Source: Zymomonas mobilis subsp. mobilis ATCC 10988 (lineage in GTDB: Bacteria > Pseudomonadota > Alphaproteobacteria > Sphingomonadales > Sphingomonadaceae). Taken from it: DNA of 32,000 nt. Under the pieces are notes generated by a model. That model did not search any database. It worked only from the letters and a program-made list of their open reading frames with translations, and was not told the origin of the DNA. The stretch lies in the NCBI RefSeq assembly GCF_000175255.2, contig NC_017262.1:420001-452000 (forward strand). The letters are read 5' to 3'. Positions 28,662 through 32,000 of this stretch are shown here, in pieces (position 1 is the first letter of the stretch; each line of letters opens with the position of its first letter). A program made the translations under genes and the position numbers.

Positions 28662-29840
28662 TTGGAAAAAAATGTGGAAACGACGGACGAAGAATTTCAG
28701 AAGCCTTTTGACAGATATTATTCTGCTGCCATAGATTTTTTGAAAAAATCATGGAAAGAACATAGGAATTTCATAATAATCGTTATTTTTCCTCTTTTGT
28801 TCCTTTCTTTTTATTACTCGCTGATTGCCTCTGATCAATATGAGTCCGAGGCTCATTTTGTCGTCCGCTCTGATGGTCAAAATGCGATGCCAGCCACTGG
28901 TCTTAGTCAAATGATGGGTGCATTAGGAAGTTCGGGTGGAAGTCAGACTGAAGGTGTCAGTGTCAATGACTATCTGCAATCTCATGACGTCATCGCAAAA
29001 CTTCAATCACAATTAAACCTTGTGGAGATGTTCAGAAGACCTGAGGCCGATATTTTTAGCCGCTTATGGTTTGCTAATCCAACACCCGAAATGCTGTTAA
29101 AATATTATTTAAATCATGTTAAAGTAAAATATGAGACCGAAACCGGCATTACGAATGTCAAAGTTCGAGCCTTTCGCCCGAAGGATGCCTATATTTTAGC
29201 TGAAACTCTCCTCAAATTAGGCGAAGAGCGGGTTAACGACATGAATAAACGTCGTTACGAAAGTGCTGTTGGGGTTGCTAAAAATCAGTTAGAACAAGCT
29301 GAAGATAAGATTGCAGAAATACAATTAGCTATTACCCATTTCAGACGCGGTGATCAGGATTTAGATCCACGGATTACTGGCGAAACTCAAATTAAATTGG
29401 TCTCTCAGCTTACGGCTCAATTAGCACAGGCTCGAGCACAGCTTGATTCTATGAAAGAAACTATTTCACCCGATAGTCCTCAATATATTGCTCAGAAAAG
29501 ACAGGTCGCGTCTTTAGAATCCGTTGTTAATAAGCAAAAAAGCCTGATGACTAATGGTCGGACTTCTATGGTGACGGGATTGGGCTCATACGAAGAACTT
29601 CGTATCCGCCAAGAATTTGCCGCCAAACGCTATGAATCAGCTGCAGCCTCTCTTGTAAAAGCGAGTGAAACTGCAATGCGGCAAAAATTATTTATCATCC
29701 GCGTCGTTGAACCCAATATGCCGGTTAAATCAACCTACCCTAAACCCATTGTAACAATAGCCGGAACGGCTCTTGTGCTGATGCTGGTTTATGCCATTGG
29801 TTGGCTAATTATTGCTGGAACAAGGGAACACGCTGCTTAA
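28662..29840 (+). CDS. kpsE: Capsule polysaccharide export inner-membrane protein (KpsE/CtrB, PCP-3 family)
   Basis: 392 aa. An N-terminal TM helix is followed by DQYESEAHFVVR, a long coiled-coil periplasmic region and a C-terminal TM helix. This topology and these motifs are typical of KpsE. The TTG start is uncertain. Confidence 0.8.
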   Translation: MEKNVETTDEEFQKPFDRYYSAAIDFLKKSWKEHRNFIIIVIFPLLFLSFYYSLIASDQYESEAHFVVRSDGQNAMPATGLSQMMGALGSSGGSQTEGVSVNDYLQSHDVIAKLQSQLNLVEMFRRPEADIFSRLWFANPTPEMLLKYYLNHVKVKYETETGITNVKVRAFRPKDAYILAETLLKLGEERVNDMNKRRYESAVGVAKNQLEQAEDKIAEIQLAITHFRRGDQDLDPRITGETQIKLVSQLTAQLAQARAQLDSMKETISPDSPQYIAQKRQVASLESVVNKQKSLMTNGRTSMVTGLGSYEELRIRQEFAAKRYESAAASLVKASETAMRQKLFIIRVVEPNMPVKSTYPKPIVTIAGTALVLMLVYAIGWLIIAGTREHAA

Positions 29841-29850
29841 AATAGTCTTA

Positions 29851-29876
29851 TCAAGCCAGCTTTAAAGCTGGCTTGA
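29851..29876 (+). terminator. Probable terminator hairpin after kpsE
   Basis: A perfect 26-bp palindrome, TCAAGCCAGCTTT|AAAGCTGGCTTGA, lies 11 nt after the stop. The downstream T tract is weak. Confidence 0.5.
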
Positions 29877-30053
29877 CATTCTAATTCTGTAGCTAAAAAT
29901 AATTAGGAGTCCGAACTAAGATATAAGAGCCACAGAAATAAATCTATCTTATACATTTCTATAGAAAGACAGCGCCACAGGTTATTGCTTTTACAAAAAG
30001 CAACAAGGCAAGCCTGAAATTAATTGTCCAAGAAAAAACTGCAGTAAGAATTA

Positions 30054-30130
<77 letters not shown>

Positions 30131-30290
30131 AAAGCAGTGCAAGAGCCTTTAGCAAAGCCAGTCAGTGACGACTAGCCCTTATCTTGTTTTTAATGATAAT
30201 TTTTTTTGATCACTGCATATGACAGACAAAAAAAGGTAGATCACTTCTACTTTTTTTGCCTATCTTGCGGTTAAAAAATTTCATTATCGA

Positions 30291-32000
30291 CTATACCGGA
30301 TTTTCTACCGGAAAAGACCCTGCCCCCGACTGCTTTTTGGCATTGGAATAAGCCTGTGGCGGCATATTAGAAGCGGCTTTAATTGTCGCATGAACGATAC
30401 CGCTTTCTTTCTGGGATTCCAATGTACCATCCTGTCGATGCTCTTCCGGCGTCACAAAGATTCCGATTGAAGCCAAAGCTTTTCCCATGGAAGAATAAGA
30501 AGTTACATAGGCCGTCACTGGAGCCAATACCAAACCCAACGCGACCATTAACAGCCATGTCAAAGCCCCGCCGCCGATAAAAGCCAATAAAGTAAAGACA
30601 AGACCCACCACAACATGAGGACGATAATAATGGAAAGCTTCTGAAAAGCTTATGCCATCAACGTCTCGTCTTTGCGTGTTCCATCCGCTGGGTCGGCCAC
30701 GCAGAATGTCAATGAAAGTTAAAGTCTGGGTCACCATCAGGATGGGAGCAATAAAGGCAGATAAAGGTATTTCAATAACGACACTTGCCAAAATACCGCT
30801 CAAACCACCCAAGGTTTTCGCCCGTCTTTTGTCCATCAACGCCCATATAACCGCCAAAATTTTAGCACCAAACAGACAGATAATCGTCAGGACAAGGAGC
30901 CATGTTGATGGAGGTAAGCTAAGATTAGCGCTTCCCCGTCCAAAATGATGCATAAGGGTCGCGAGCAAGAGGAAAAGCCATAAAGTCGAAGTCGTATAAG
31001 AGGTAACACCAATCAATAGCTGCAAGCGATTAATCCAATGTAATCCTTTAATATCCAACAAGCGTACATGCTGTAAATTGCCTTGGCACCAACGGCGGTC
31101 TCGAATAGCGCTATCGACTAATGTCGGAGGATATTCTTCATAGCTGCCTTCTGCCATAATTGTATGCACGGCCCAACCATTCCGCCGTAGCAATGTCGCT
31201 TCCAGAACGTCATGACTCATAATATTACCGCCAAAAGGTTCTTTACCGGAAAGCTTTGGCAAGCCACAGCTTTCTGCAAAAGCCTTCACGCGAATAATAG
31301 CGTTATGTCCCCAAAAACTGGCTTCCGATCCAGACCACCAGACCAATCCAGCACTCGCCAGAGGGCCATATAGCCTTGCAGAAAATTGCTGCCATCTAGC
31401 AAAAAAGGTCTGCCCATTCACAGGCATAGGAACCGTCTGTAACAGAGCGACCCCTTTGTCTCTATCCATGCTAGCAGCCATACGGGCGATTGTTTCACCC
31501 GACATCAGACTATCGGCATCCAATACCAGCATATAATCGTATCCGCTGCCGAAATGATGAATCCAGTCAGAAATATTACCTGGTTTTCGGGCGATATTCT
31601 TTTCGCGACGGCGATACCATACCGGAATTTTTATTTCATCTTTCAGCTTCTGATAGGCTGCGAATTCAGTCAATTCGTTGACTATTTTTGAATCGCTTAA
31701 AATAAAAAATTCAAAATTTTGACTATATCCAGTCTCTACCAGCGATTGCGCCATCACCTTCAGGCGCAAATAAACCATATCAACATCTTCATTATAGATG
31801 GGCATCAATATGGCCGTTTTACCGCGCGGAGCAACTGAAGCTGGCGGCATTTGATAATCGGAAGAGGCTTTGCCTCGTATCAATTGGGTAAAACCAATCA
31901 AAGATCCTAGAAAACCAAAAACCAGCCATGTAAATAAAGGAGAAAAGAGAATGAATATCAGAAATTCACTCAGACTTATGCCTTGCACCGATTCGGCAAT
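30291..32000 (-). CDS. opgH: Glucans biosynthesis glucosyltransferase H (OpgH/MdoH), 5' end outside window
   Basis: It has a GT2 core (ILMPIYNEDV, VLDADSLM, RDRRWCQGNLQH) flanked by multiple TM helices. The reading frame stays open to the window edge (…IAESVQGISL…), so the true start is probably beyond 32000. Confidence 0.9.
   Translation of the reverse strand: MAESVQGISLSEFLIFILFSPLFTWLVFGFLGSLIGFTQLIRGKASSDYQMPPASVAPRGKTAILMPIYNEDVDMVYLRLKVMAQSLVETGYSQNFEFFILSDSKIVNELTEFAAYQKLKDEIKIPVWYRRREKNIARKPGNISDWIHHFGSGYDYMLVLDADSLMSGETIARMAASMDRDKGVALLQTVPMPVNGQTFFARWQQFSARLYGPLASAGLVWWSGSEASFWGHNAIIRVKAFAESCGLPKLSGKEPFGGNIMSHDVLEATLLRRNGWAVHTIMAEGSYEEYPPTLVDSAIRDRRWCQGNLQHVRLLDIKGLHWINRLQLLIGVTSYTTSTLWLFLLLATLMHHFGRGSANLSLPPSTWLLVLTIICLFGAKILAVIWALMDKRRAKTLGGLSGILASVVIEIPLSAFIAPILMVTQTLTFIDILRGRPSGWNTQRRDVDGISFSEAFHYYRPHVVVGLVFTLLAFIGGGALTWLLMVALGLVLAPVTAYVTSYSSMGKALASIGIFVTPEEHRQDGTLESQKESGIVHATIKAASNMPPQAYSNAKKQSGAGSFPVENPV

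Overview
This window looks like chromosomal core DNA from a low-GC alphaproteobacterium. Protein signatures and base composition suggest Zymomonas or another member of the Sphingomonadales, but that is inferred from memory, not from a search. Most genes are housekeeping or stress genes: a DmpA-type peptidase, aat, mlaD plus a DUF2155 gene, a tandem cold-shock-domain protein, secA, argJ, catalase, an NMO-family flavoprotein, copA-copZ, folD-ilvE, a DUF885 protein, tRNA-Arg(CCG) and a partial opgH.

Three parts look accessory:
1. An ~851-bp IS5-family element sits inside a ~1008-codon periplasmic beta-propeller/Y_Y_Y-TM-GGDEF sensor diguanylate cyclase. The reading frame can be rebuilt exactly across the insertion.
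2. A capsule-type (Kps-like) polysaccharide export cluster has an outer-membrane exporter gene diverging from kpsT, a glycosyltransferase and kpsE, but no KpsM permease gene.
3. A ~600-bp non-coding stretch between copZ and the NMO gene is extremely AT-rich (about 21% G+C by hand count over 360 nt).

I found no CRISPR array, prophage, toxin-antitoxin pair or recognisable multi-gene defence system. I cannot honestly point to a clear novel system here, and the findings below are the best leads. All calls rest on motif recognition in the supplied translations and direct reading of the DNA, with no database search.
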